Part shown: positions 8,872 to 19,278 of the stretch, in pieces | Layout of the letters: each line of letters starts with the position of its first letter | Position numbering within the stretch: position 1 is the stretch's first letter | DNA from: Vicinamibacterales bacterium | Lineage (GTDB): Bacteria; Acidobacteriota; Vicinamibacteria; Vicinamibacterales; UBA8438 | DNA length: 64,000 bases | Assembly: GCA_965206285.1 (NCBI GenBank) | Contig: OZ242205.1 | Coordinates: forward strand, 3,330,149-3,394,148 | Direction: 5' to 3' | Notes under the pieces: model-generated | Told to the model about the DNA's origin: nothing | The model's database searches: none | Seen by the model: only the letters and a program-made list of their open reading frames with translations | Position numbers and translations under genes: made by a program

Positions 8872-11800
8872 TCAGCCTCTCGCGCGGCGGCGCAGCGCGC
8901 GTCCTCCCGTGCCGAGCAGCAGCAGGCCGAGTGCTATCGCGCCGGCCAGAGGCAATGCCGGTACGGGTAACGGCTCCGCGGTCGGCGTCGCCGTCACCTC
9001 CGCCGACGGCGGACCGTCGTTGGCGCCGGTCCGGGTCGCGATCACCCGCACCGTGTATTCCGTGCCGTTGGCGAGGCCGTCGATCGTGTGGGTCGTGGTC
9101 GACCCCGGAGCGACCGTGGCCTGCCGGGCGCCGGTGTCGTAGTCTTCGCCGCCCGACCTCCACTGCACCTTGTAGCCCGTGGCGTTGTCCACCGCCGTCC
9201 ACGCCACCACGAGCTGCGCGTTGCCCGGCGCGACCGTCACGCCCGTCACCCGGGCGGTGTCGTTGTCGTTCACCGTCACCGCCACGCCGGCGATCGTGAT
9301 GCCCTCGTAGTCGCTGTCCGGGCTCGTCGCGCCGTGGGTCAGCGAGACCGAATCGTCCGCCGTGTCCGCATCGTTGCCGGCCGTCACCGTAACCGTCCGG
9401 GCCGTGTCCCAGCTCGTCGCCGTGAAGGTCAGGGCGCCCGGGGTCGGGGTCACGTCCGTGCCCGCGTGCCCGGCGACCGTGACCGTGACATTCGCCGTCG
9501 GCCGGGTATCGAGGACCACCGTGTAGCTGTCCCCGGTCGGGTCCTCCTCCGGCACCGTCAGCGCCGACTTCGACACCGTGACCCCCGCCACGGTCGGCAC
9601 CGCCGGCGTCCCCGTCACCTCCGCCGCCGGCGGGCCGTCGTCGGCGCCGGTCCGGGTCGCGATCACCCGCACCGTGTATTCCGTGCCGTTGGCGAGGCCG
9701 GAAATCGTGTGGCGCGTGGTCGACCCCGAAGTGACCGTGGCCTGCCGGTCGCCGGTGTCGTAGACTTCGCCGCCCGACTTCCACTGCACCTTGTAGCCCG
9801 TGGCGTTGTCCACCACCGTCCATCTCACCACCACTTGCGAGTTACCCGGTGCGACCGTCACTCCCGTCACCTGCTCGAGGGGCTCGCTCGGCGGCGGCGG
9901 TGGCGGCGGGGGGGGCGGCGGGGACACCGTCGGCGTCCCCGTCAGCGGCGCCGACGGCGGGCCGTCGTCGGCGCCGGCCCGGGTCGCGATCACGCGCACC
10001 GTGTATGCCGTGCCGTTGGCGAGGCCGGGAATCGTGTGGCGCGTGGTCGACCCCGAAGTGACCGTGGCCTGCCGGTCGCCGGTGTCGTAGACTTCGCCGC
10101 CCGACTTCCACTGCACCTTGTAGCCCGTGGCGTTGGCCACCGCCGTCCAGGTCACCACCAGTTGCCCGTTGCCCGGTGCGGCCGTCACCCCCGTCACCTG
10201 CTCGAGGGACGGCGGCGGCGGAGCCTGCCCACAGTCGACGGTGATCACATGGTCGGCCGCATCGGAGGTGTGCCAGACGCGACCGGAACCAGAGAGCGTC
10301 TCGCACGAAAACCGATGCAGGTCAGGCTTGGTCCTGCGCTCTACCTCGCCAGTCAATCTCAGCTCAGGGCTGTTCCCAAGGGTTGGTTCATCGTCGTCCT
10401 CGACGGCCTTTTCCACCACCCCCGCGCTTCCCACAGACGTCCAGATCGCTCGGATCTGTCCGTCATCGGACACCGCACACGGCCGCGTGTCGTGCCGACT
10501 CGTTTCAACAAGAGCCAGCACGTTGTCGGCGTTGGGGTCCGAGTCGCACGCGAGTGCCGGGACCGTAACGTTCACCTTGTGGCCGGTCTTGGTGCTCCCC
10601 ACCGGGTGGGTGAGCACGGCGGTGAGCCCGCCCATCGTGCCCACGATCGCGTCCCCCGTGTCGAGCTTGATCGTGCGGTCCCCGAACCAGATGCCGTCGT
10701 CGTCCATGTCGTCTGCCACGACCGAGTAGCTGAACACGAGCGCCGGCGTGCCCGAGCCGCTCGACAGCGCGGCGCGCCGACGGGTCGGGGGAGGCGAGCC
10801 GTCGGTGCAGCTTCCTCCGTCCGAACTGCCCAGGCAGAACTCGAACTCCGGCGTGCCCGTGACCGTCACGGTCTGGTCGAAGGTCACCGTGAACTGGATC
10901 ATCTCGCCGGTCCCGTAAGATGTCGCCCGATCCGGCATCGAGGTGACGTCCACGTTGTTCACCGTCGGGGCGGTGTTGGTGCCGGTGCCCGTCGTCCCGG
11001 CGCCCGGGCCTGAGAATGGCCCGTCGCCGTCGGCGTTCACCGCGAGCACGTGCACCTGGTAGGACGTCGCCACCGTCAGGCTGGCGATGGTCGCCGTCGT
11101 CCCGGTACCTGTATGCGCATGGGTCAGCCAACTGCCGCTCGTGCCCGGCCGGTACTCCACCTTGTAGCCGGTGATCGCCGGGCGCCCCGTGTTGGCCGGC
11201 GCCGCCCAGCTCACGTCCAGGCTCGTCGTGCTCCCCGAGGTCGCCGTCACCGCGGGCATCGCCGGCGCCACCGGCTTCTCCACCGCGTTGTCGACGGTGA
11301 TCGTCACCGCGATCGTGGCCGAGCCGCTGTTGCCGTCGACGGCCTTCACCGCCACCGAATAGCTCGCCTTGGCCTCCCGGTCGTATTTCTCACCCACCTT
11401 CGTCCGGATCTGCCCGCTGCCGGAGACGATGCCGAACTTCGCCGCGTCCGCGCCTTCCAGGCTGTAGGTGAGCGTGTCGCCGGTGTCCGTGTCCGTCGCC
11501 GTCACCACGGCGCCCACGTTGCCCGCCGTCGAGACCGCCGCGTCGCCCACCGTCTCGGTGAAGGCCCGCGTCGTGCTGGCACCGTCCGTAAAGGTCGGAT
11601 TGGCGTTGCCCGCCGTATTGGTCGTCCCGGCGCCCGGGCCTGACCATGCCCCGTCGCCGTCGGCGTTCACCGCGAGCACCTGCACCTGGTAGGACGTCGC
11701 CGCCGTCAGGCCGGCGATGGTCGCCGTCGTCCCGGTGCCCGAATGCGCATGGTTCAGCCAACTGCCGCTCACGCCCGCCCGGTACTCCACCTTGTAGCCG

Positions 11801-12066
11801 GTGATCGCCGGGCGCCCCGTGTTGGCCGGCGCCGCCCAGCTCACGTCCAGGCTCGTCGTGCTCCCCGAGGTCGCCGTCACCGTGGGCATCGCCGGCGCCA
11901 CCGGCTTCTCCACCGCGTTGTCAACGTTGATCGTCACCGCGATCGTGTCCGAGCCGCCGTTGCCGTCGTCGGCCTTCACCGTCACCGAATAGCTCGCCTT
12001 GGCCTCCCGGTCGTATTTCTCACCCACCTTCGTCTGGATCTGCCCGCTCGGCTCTCGGGACGATGC
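8872..12066 (-). pseudogene. Adhesin A: giant cadherin-like/FN3-repeat surface protein with exosortase-type C-terminal sorting signal, 5'-truncated
   Basis: ORF 8872-12027 (1051 aa). Cadherin-like modules (TATDTDTGDTLTYSLEGADAAKFGI...GQIRTKVGEKYDREAKASYSV), FN3 modules (GYKVEYR x2, GYKVQW x3), a poly-Pro linker and a Calx-like module. The tail is AEPLPVPALPLAGAIALGLLLLGTGGRALRRRARG. No signal peptide. Homology stops at about 12066, at a heptamer tract. Confidence 0.75.
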
Positions 12067-12099
12067 TCTCGGCTCTCGGCTCTCGGCTCTCGGCTCTCG
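12065..12099. repeat. Heptanucleotide tandem repeat (GCTCTCG)x5
   Basis: Read directly: gctctcg x5 at 12065-12099, plus an isolated cggctctcgg at 12049-12058. The same unit occurs at 22575 (x1) and 27391 (x3). Confidence 0.9.
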
Positions 12100-12233
12100 G
12101 GCGAATTACACGCGACATTCCAGAATATTGCCGAAATCACCGCCGGCGGGCGGAAGGGGGAGAACCGATGACCGATCGCGACCGGACGGCGGCCGAGAAC
12201 GAGGCGCTGCGCGCCCGCATCTCCGCCCTCAGC
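12100..12233 (+). pseudogene. GAF-sensor gene stub 1 (last ~65 bp of promoter plus first 22 codons)
   Basis: 12100-12167 matches 27740-27809. ATG at 12168 gives MTDRDRTAAENEALRARISALS, identical to the start at 27810, then diverges at 12234. Confidence 0.6.
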
Positions 12234-12289
12234 GTGGATGGCCCCCAACGGCGACGGACCGCGGAACCACCCGCGGCTGAAGGGACCTC

Positions 12290-12620
12290 GACCTGCCGGC
12301 GCTCGGCACGCCGAACCGCCCGGCGCCCCTCGTCACCGGCAGCCTGCTGTTCCTCGGCGAGGGGAGCGACGCCATCATCGGCACCCAGCGCGGCGACGGG
12401 GACCCGTCCGACCCCGAGCAGGACCAGTCCTGGCGGTGGGGCCGGACGTTCCGGGCCTACGACAAGGCCACGGGCGCGGTGGTCTGGGAGCAGGACCTGC
12501 CGGCCGGCACCACCGGCGGCCCCAATGACCTACCTGCACGAGGGCCGGCAGTACATCGTCGTCGCGGTCGGCGCCCGCGGCGAGATTCCGAGTGGGTCGC
12601 CCTGGCCCTGCCTTAGTTAG
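12290..12620 (+). pseudogene. C-terminal remnant of a PQQ-dependent (quinoprotein) dehydrogenase
   Basis: VTGSLLFLGEGSD...FRAYDKATGAVVWEQDLPAGTTGGP in one frame and PMTYLHEGRQYIVVAVGARGEIP in another. Confidence 0.5.
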
Positions 12621-12915
12621 GACACTGACGGAAATTGCCTTGCCGTGTGCCAAGCGCGCGAAACCGCAAAAACCGGCTGTGGGGCCGCGCCGCCGGCCAC
12701 CGCGCCCACACCCCCGAACACCGCATCTGACCAAGTCTCGGTCGTCTCGGATCCGACCCCTGCACCGGCCCCGCCGGTGACGGCACGATTCGCCCCGACG
12801 GTGCTGTCTTCGACCGCCGCGCACTCCGAAGCGCGACGAGCTGAGACGCCGATTCCGGCACCCCCGGACGCGCTATGATGGTCCCGCGACCATCAAGGAA
12901 CGGGAGAACACCGAC

Positions 12916-13473
12916 GTGGCCACCACGCAACCCGTCGTCAAGTTCACGTACGAGGACTACCGCACCACGCCAGCGGACGAGCGCTACGAGCTGCTCGACG
13001 GTGATCTGATCATGGTTCCCGCCCCGAATCTCAAGCACCAGAGGGTGCAAGGAAACCTGTACTACCACCTGCGATTCTTCATCACGGAGCATGACATCGG
13101 GGAGCTGTTGCCCGCCCCCTGCGACGTCGTTCTGTCCGACACCAACGTCGTACAGCCAGACCTTCTGTTCATCTCCCGGCAACGCGAGCATCTACTGAGC
13201 GGCGGCGAGAACGTGCGGGGTGCGCCGGATCTGGCGATCGAGATTCTGTCGCCGTCCACGGCGGACAAGGACCGGGGGGTCAAGCGCGAACTCTACGGCA
13301 GACACGGCGTGACGGAGTACTGGCTGGTCGACCCAATAGCCGAGACCGTCACGATCCACCGCCAGCAAGCGGGCAAGCTGACGGCCACCCAGACCTTCGG
13401 CCGGGAAGAGACGCTCCGCTCCCCGCTCCTCGATGGCCTCAAGCTCCACCTGGACGACATCTTCTCGTCGTAA
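12916..13473 (+). CDS. Uma2-family (DUF820) restriction-endonuclease-fold protein
   Basis: YELLDGDLIMVPAPNLKHQRVQGNL...PDLLFISRQR...APDLAIEILSPSTADKDRGVKRELYGRHGVTEYWLVDP. Confidence 0.85.
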   Translation: MATTQPVVKFTYEDYRTTPADERYELLDGDLIMVPAPNLKHQRVQGNLYYHLRFFITEHDIGELLPAPCDVVLSDTNVVQPDLLFISRQREHLLSGGENVRGAPDLAIEILSPSTADKDRGVKRELYGRHGVTEYWLVDPIAETVTIHRQQAGKLTATQTFGREETLRSPLLDGLKLHLDDIFSS

Positions 13474-13976
13474 GGACGAGGTCCGCGCCAATCCCCAGCA
13501 CGAGTCGACCGGCAGCGCGCCAACGACTCAACCACCGTCGGCTGCCGTCGGACGACACCGAGCCCGCCGGCGTGATCCAGACAATGAGGGCGTCGTCCAG
13601 GCGGGCGCCGCCGGCGCGGAGCGTCTTCTCCGGCATCCGGCCGATCGCCTCCTCGGCGACCCGAACCAGACCTGGTCGCCGTCGGGGTCGAGCTCGGCAC
13701 CGAACCAGAAGGTCCCGTTCGGTTTCCGGGTGGAGTCGTGCGGTCAGGGGTCTTCGCCCCGCCGGGCCAGTCCTCGCGCGTCCGCGATCCCGCTCGACAG
13801 GCTCGCTCGTGCGGCCCCGCGCCGACCACCTCTTCATCACCGCGAACCCGAATCACCGTGGCAGCCGCGCCGTCCGCCCCGCGACAGCCCGGTCCGGGGG
13901 ACGGCGTCCGTACCCGGCTCGCCTGGCTATCCAACCCAGCGGGTGTGCGCCGAGGCAGCCGCCTCGTCCGAGGCCC

Positions 13977-14196
13977 TCACTCGAATTCGGAGCGCGGCAG
14001 GCCGGACCGCCGAATGATCGCTTTCAGCGTGCCCGTCCGTAACTCGCCGTGGTCCGGCACCGGGATGGTCACGGTCCCTACTTTGCCCGTCTTCTGCATC
14101 ACCACATGGCTCCCGCGTCTTCTCACCTCGCCGAAGCCGTGAGCCGCGGAGAATCCGACAGACGTCACGGCCCGAAAGAACACGCAGCCTACCCAA
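13977..14196 (-). pseudogene. hicA: HicA-family mRNA interferase toxin, frameshifted
   Basis: The N-terminus LRVLSGRDVCRIL lies in the frame starting at 14196 and overlaps the hicB stop. The C-terminus HGFGEVRRRGSHVVMQKTGKVGTVTIPVPDHGELRTGTLKAIIRRSGL lies in the frame of ORF 13977-14183. The shift is near 14150. Confidence 0.6.
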
Positions 14197-14410
14197 CCGC
14201 CACCTCGACCTGCGTCACGTAGATTTCGTCGCGCAGTCGGCCTTCGATTTCTTCCGCAGAGGCTGTCTCGAAAAACAGCGTGAGCGCTTCCTCGAGGTTG
14301 TCCCGCGCCTCAGCGACGGTATCTCCCTGGCTGACGACATCCACTTCCGGGCAGAGGGCCACGTAGCCGTCGTCCTCACGCTGGATGATCGCGGTCAGCT
14401 TTCTGTTCAT
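14189..14410 (-). CDS. hicB: HicB-family antitoxin (UPF0150 fold)
   Basis: MNRKLTAIIQREDDGYVALCPEVDVVSQGDTVAEARDNLEEALTLFFE. ATG at 14410 within ORF 14189-14470. Confidence 0.8.
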   Translation of the reverse strand: MNRKLTAIIQREDDGYVALCPEVDVVSQGDTVAEARDNLEEALTLFFETASAEEIEGRLRDEIYVTQVEVAVG

Positions 14411-14900
14411 CGGTGCTCTCCAGCTACGTCGGTCATCTGCCGTAGCCAACGTCACTTTCTCCAAAACCACAGCCTCATTCCGGCGCCATCTTTCCCGTTA
14501 CAAAGCACCAACCCCCACTCCAATACGCCGTGATCCCCCAGCTCGCTCGGAACGTGTGGCAGCAGGTCGATGGCGGGACCCGCCGCCGTGGCCGGCCGCC
14601 GCTTGATCATGGCCAGCAACACCGGCCGCGTCAACGCCAGCAAGATCGCGGCCGGTCGCGGGCGTGAATCAGCCCGGAGCTGCAGCTCGTCAACGAGGCC
14701 GCGGTCGCCGGCGTTCATGCCCGTCCTCTGCCCCACCTGCCATCGGCCCCGCGCCGACGGGCCCAGGCGCTGCTAGCCCCGGCGAGCCCTGGGCGCGGAA
14801 AGAAGGTCCACACGGACACCGGGCGAGCCTCGGCCTTCGGCGACGTAGGCGAGGGCGGGGTGGTGGCCGTCGAGCTCGGGCGTCGGAGTCGTCGGAGGGC

Positions 14901-14985
14901 GGAGGCCTCGACGAGACGCTGGGTCGGGCGGGGCGGCGGTCGGTCCGCTCGAGACGGGTGGGTAGTGGACTCACGGGCTGCCCCC
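14901..14985. repeat. Dispersed ~40-85 bp repeat, copy 1 (GGAGGCCTCGACGAGACG...GGTGG.GGACTCACGGGCTGCCCC)
   Basis: Aligned by eye with 15850-15932 and 17739-17776. Confidence 0.7.
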
Positions 14986-15076
14986 GCCCCGGTAACCGTG
15001 ACCGCCAACACGCACCGCCCTCACACGTCGCGCCACGCCACATCGCCCCCGATCGGCGGTGCCGTCGAGCACGACA

Positions 15077-15206
15077 CTTGAGCGCCATGACAGCAACGCC
15101 GACCTTGGCGAGGGCGTCGAGCATGGCGACGATCTGACCCAGCGACCGACCGAGCCGCGAGAGTCGCTACGACCAGGCGGTCGCCGCGCTGGAGGACGCT
15201 CATCAG
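15077..15206 (-). pseudogene. Serine recombinase (resolvase/invertase) catalytic-domain remnant
   Basis: LMSVLQRGDRLVVATL (frame of ORF 15021-15263) continues as SRLGRSLGQIVAMLDALAKVGVAVMALK (frame of ORF 14690-15124). This matches the GD.LVV..LDRLGRS core. The N-terminal Ser region and the C-terminal HTH are absent. Confidence 0.45.
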
Positions 15207-15849
15207 CTCCTCAGCTTTTGGATCCCAAACCTCTTCACTACCACAGATTGCTGCGCCGTCCATCGGCAGTCACGACTCTGATGTATGGAGTGAGGGCGTT
15301 GAAGTCACGGGCGTTGCCCGTCCCTATCCTGAAGGCGTGGTCGCTGGTCGTCTTGCATGTTTCCGCCTCCCCTGGGTGCGGCCTGTCGTCATCGTCCGTG
15401 CCGTGCGCGTTTCCAGCGTCCGGCCGGCGTCGACGTGGGGGCACGGCGCCGTACGAGTCCGACTGCCTCGCCGAGGCCGCGATCGATCCCGAGCGCCTCG
15501 ACTGGAGCATCCGCCTCAGATCACGATGCGCTCGATCTCGTCGGCCGTGACGGGTGTCCGCCGTCCGGTCGTAGAGTTTCGTCGTCTTGGGCGACGCGCG
15601 TGACCGGCGATCTGCTGGGCGTGCTCGAGGGTGCCTCCGTTCGACAGACGTACCTCACATGGGAGTCGGCCTGCGGCCCGGTGCGAAAACAGCCGGAAGA
15701 GCCACCGACCCCCTACCGGCCACGCGCCTCTCCCCGACTCTACACGAATCTGGTCGGTACCATTTCATGGCACGCCCACCCTGCCCAGCGACCCCCCGCG
15801 CGGGCCCGGCGCAGGCGCGGCTCCGTCAGCCGGCGAGCCGTCGGAGCGC

Positions 15850-15932
15850 GGAGGCCTCGACGAGACGGGGGTGGGTGGTCGGCGCGCGGTCGCTCGAGAC
15901 GGGTTGGTGGTGGAACTCACGAGCTTGCCCCC
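15850..15932. repeat. Dispersed repeat, copy 2
   Basis: GGAGGCCTCGACGAGACGG...GGTGGTGGAACTCACGAGCTTGCCCC. The flank CTGGAACTCGTCGTCCGAGG resembles CGGAATCTCGTCGTCGGGAA next to copy 3. Confidence 0.7.
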
Positions 15933-16091
15933 CAGTCGGCCGCCCCGCAGCAGGTCGGCGGCCTGGAACTCGTCGTCCGAGGGTGCCCGCGTCAGCTCGC
16001 CCGCGCTGCAGGTCGTCGCCCGTCGCTCGCGATGCGCGAACACGGGCGGGCCGGAGCAGCTCGTCCTCGGTCGAGGGGGCAGCGGGAAACG

Positions 16092-16346
16092 CTATTCGCC
16101 AGCAGGTGGCGTAGGCAGGTGGAGCCGTTCCAACGTTTCGAGACGCTGGTCGACCTTACCGAATGCGACTTCAACGGCGCGGAGGCGGGTGTCGAAACCT
16201 TCGAGACGGGCGTTCACGTCCCTCAGATCGGCCCGAACATCTCCGACCATCGTGACCACGACGGCGATCACAGCCCCCGCCGACGCGATGATGGTGGTGA
16301 CGATCGCGACGCCAGTCCCAACGATCCACTTCGCGTCACTGGTCAT
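16092..16346 (-). CDS. Small membrane-anchored coiled-coil protein
   Basis: MTSDAKWIVGTGVAIVTTIIASAGAVIAVVVTMVGDVRADLRDVNARLEGFDTRLRAVEVAFGKVDQRLETLERLHL. This is the tail of the long ORF 16092-17384, whose remainder looks non-coding. Confidence 0.45.
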   Translation of the reverse strand: MTSDAKWIVGTGVAIVTTIIASAGAVIAVVVTMVGDVRADLRDVNARLEGFDTRLRAVEVAFGKVDQRLETLERLHLPTPPAGE

Positions 16347-16987
16347 GCAACCACAGCCTACCATGAGTGGGCGGTCACCCGCCGCGGTGGACGGTGACCA
16401 ACACCCCGGCCGCGACGGCGACTTGTCGGCCCAGCGGGGAACGCTCACCTCGCTGCGCCTCATCCCGGCCATTGAAGAGGAGAATCCCTGGGCGGCGCGG
16501 TCCGCGGCCCCGGGAAAACCGGCCCCCCGGATCATGGCCGGGACCACCCGCGTCGTCAAATAGCGCGATCCACACGCCAGTCGCGACGCGTGCGAATCGC
16601 CGGAGCTGCAGGTCGTCGCCGGCCGGTCGTGCTCCGCGGCAGGAGCGGCTGGATCGACGCGCAGGTCCACTGCGGCGCCGCCGAGCCCGCAGCCGTCGGA
16701 CGCGGTCTTCGTCCCACGCACTCGCCGCGGCCTGGAGGTCGACGGTCGACCGAAGCCTGTCACCTCGTCGCACGGCAGCGACAAGACTTCGTCCAGCAGC
16801 TTGCCGGACGCGGGCGTGGTCAGCCGGGGGGGGGGGCTGCCTGGAGTTCCGCCCCGCCCAATCGGACCGCGCCAGCGGGGGGGCGGCGACGCCCCCCCGA
16901 AACGAGGGCGAGCCAGGTCCAAGAGGTCGCCCCCAGCAGCGGGGTCCGTCCGCCCGCCGGTCGCCTTCTCTGATACGATCTCTGATC

Positions 16988-17280
16988 GTGAAGACCCTCG
17001 CCCTTCGTGATCTGCGTACACATGTTCGCGAGGACACCCATCCGCAGGAGGCGTTCGCGAGGACACCCTGCTGACCGCCAACAACGGTCGGCCGGTCGCC
17101 GTACTGCTGCCTGTCGACGCCGGTACAGTCGACGAGACGCTTGAGGTTGTACGCCGCGCCCGTGGTCTCGAAGCGCTTCGGGCGATACGTCGCGAGAGCC
17201 AATCGAGCGGCGCCGCCCGCATGACGCCGGCCGAGATCGACGCACTCGTCACCCGCACGCGTCGTTCTCGCCCCCGTTGA
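16988..17280 (+). pseudogene. Phd/YefM-like antitoxin, frameshifted
   Basis: GTG at 16988 gives VKTLALRDLRTHV... The rest (DTLLTANNGRPVAVLLPVDAGTVDETLEVVRRARGLEALRAIRRES...) lies in another frame. A local duplication CGCGAGGACACCC...CGCGAGGACACCC sits at 17027-17068. The stop is 9 nt before the PIN start. Confidence 0.5.
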
Positions 17281-17288
17281 GCGCGGGA

Positions 17289-17693
17289 ATGCAGATCGTC
17301 CTCGACACGAATGTCCTCGTTTCCGGTTTGCTCTCCGCTACCGGTCCGCCGGGCAGAATCGTCGAGGCAGCGCTCGCCGGACACCTGCAGCTTGTCTTCG
17401 ACATGGCGATTCGTCGAGAGTACGAGGACGTACTCCGCCGGCCGGAGCTGGCGTTGCCTGCAGGTCGCGTCGACGATCTGTTTGCGACCATCGACGAATT
17501 CGGCCGGCGAGTGGCGGCGGTACCGTCATGGTCGACCGGGCTGCCCGATCCGAACGACGGGATGTTCCTCGCGGTTGCGGCAGCGACCGCGAACGTCCTT
17601 GTGACCGGTAACACCCGTCATTTCCCACAACGTTGCCGTGGTGGGGTCGTCATCCTCACGCCACGGCAGTTCGTCGATCGCCGCCATCCTTGA
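17289..17693 (+). CDS. PIN-domain toxin (putative TA toxin, TIGR00305-like)
   Basis: MQIVLDTNVLVSGLLSATGPPGRIVEAAL...DPNDGMFLAVAAATANVLVTGNTRHF. Confidence 0.8.
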   Translation: MQIVLDTNVLVSGLLSATGPPGRIVEAALAGHLQLVFDMAIRREYEDVLRRPELALPAGRVDDLFATIDEFGRRVAAVPSWSTGLPDPNDGMFLAVAAATANVLVTGNTRHFPQRCRGGVVILTPRQFVDRRHP

Positions 17694-17738
17694 AGTGGAT
17701 CACGTGACCCCGGAGGTCGGTCGCGTCGCGTTTCCCTC

Positions 17739-17776
17739 GGAGACGAGGTGGTGGACTCACGGGCTGCCCCCCCCCC
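17739..17776. repeat. Dispersed repeat, copy 3 (partial)
   Basis: GGAGACGAGGTGGTGGACTCACGGGCTGCCCCCCCC. Confidence 0.65.
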
Positions 17777-18381
17777 AGGCCCGGAATCTCGTCGTCGGGA
17801 ACGCAAGCCTTGAACCAGCGGCGTGACCGCGCGCGGACTGTCGCCGTCCCAGACCCGGCCGTTTCGGGGGCCCCGGCCCGGCCGGCCGGACACCGCCCGC
17901 TCAACATCCGCCCTGGTCGCCGTCATGGATCTCCCCCCGTCAGCCGCTCCCAGGCGGCGCGCGCCGCCACAGGGTCGCTTATGCGGACGTTCCCCGGCAA
18001 GCTCCGAACGGCGCCGGGGCGCTTCTCTGGTGGCGGTGCCGGCGGGGGCGCCGGTTTCCGTAGCTCGCCCCCGGCCACGTCCGAAAGGGACCACAGCACC
18101 CGGTAAACCCGCGCCGTGTGTTTCTCGAGCCTCACCAGATCCGGGGCGCCGCCCATCAACGCGCCGCACCGTTCGGCCGCGGCGCGGTCCGGGTGCAGGT
18201 GGCACACGTCGCCAGCCGTCACCAGCGCGCCCGGCCGTAGCGGGTTACAGGATATCGCCCAGGTCACGATGTGGACTCCCCGAGCCGCGCCATTGCATCG
18301 GAAAACGCGGCCGTCCCGTCCATAATCCCGAGCCGGACATGGCAGGGTTCGCACCACAGCGATCGGTGGTGCATCTCGGTG

Positions 18382-18798
18382 CTACGACTTGGGTCCAAAC
18401 ATCGGCAGGAACATGTCATACATAGCCTTCGCCGCCGGATACTTCTGGATTAGTTCCGCCGTGTTCTTCATGAAGATATTGCCAGACTCCTTCTCAGTCT
18501 CCGCGTGGAAGTGATGAAACTTCGCGTATATCAGGATGCCTTCTCCGTTGGAGTCGAGAAACAGGTCCGCATCGACCGCTCCCCGCAGCACGAGCGAGGC
18601 CGCCATTTCCCAGAAGCTCAGCGCCTGCCTCCACAGCACGTTGTCTGCGGCTGTCATGTCCCGTGAGACCGCCCGCAACTCATCCAGGTTCTTCGGGTTG
18701 AAAGCAAAACCCATGAAGTGTCGAGCCTTGCGGAGTGTTTCTTCGCGTCGGAGGTCATAGAGCCGCATCACGATCTCTGCGTCTGCCGCTGTCGCCAT
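18382..18798 (-). CDS. Conserved hypothetical protein (lower GC than surroundings)
   Basis: ATG at 18798 gives MATAADAEIVMRLYDLRREETLRKARHFMGFAFNPKNLDEL...YAKFHHFHAETEKE... The codon usage looks clean, unlike the upstream part of ORF 18382-19434. Confidence 0.6.
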   Translation of the reverse strand: MATAADAEIVMRLYDLRREETLRKARHFMGFAFNPKNLDELRAVSRDMTAADNVLWRQALSFWEMAASLVLRGAVDADLFLDSNGEGILIYAKFHHFHAETEKESGNIFMKNTAELIQKYPAAKAMYDMFLPMFGPKS

Positions 18799-18963
18799 TG
18801 TGTTCGGTTCTCCTTCTGAGCCGGGATTTCCGTGTTGCCTGCCCCGGATGGCCTCTTTATACACCCGAGAGCCGCCGACTGTACCATGACTTCGCCTCCG
18901 GCGTACGCGACGACCGGCCGGGACTCGACAGCTGCTTGCGCTCCCTGCGGAAAGGGCGACGTG

Positions 18964-19146
18964 CTCGTCGGGTGGAATCCCGAGCAGGCGGCTCACCGTC
19001 GTCGGGTCCGTCACCTGCGCCAGATACGCCGCCAACTCTTCGACCGCCGCCGTGAACACGCTGCTGCCATCCGCCACGGCACCCGCTCGAACCTTCACCC
19101 CGCACCGCGCGCACGACACCCGCCACGGCGTATACTGCAGCCTCAC
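18964..19146 (-). mobile_element. ISL3-family transposase N-terminal remnant
   Basis: VRLQYTPWRVSCARCGVKVRAGAVADGSSVFTAAVEELAAYLAQVTDPTTVSRLLGIPPDEHV has a zf-ISL3/HTH-like layout. There is no DDE domain and no terminal repeats. Confidence 0.5.
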
Positions 19147-19278
19147 CGCATCCGGCCCCACGGCAGATGCCGCCACACCCGCGCGGGTTCGCCCGGTCAT
19201 ACCGCAGCGGGCCACCGACCGAGTGCCGCCGCAGCCCGACGAGACCGGCAGCCGCCAGCGCCCTCTGGACCCCAAACG

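Noticed and set aside
15357-17384. Long ORFs 15357-16397 (+), 15631-16563 (+) and 16092-17384 (-) in the graveyard region
   Set aside because: Their composition is Arg/Pro/Gly/Ala-rich with no motifs, and they overlap each other. Only the last 84 codons of 16092-17384 look like a real small protein.
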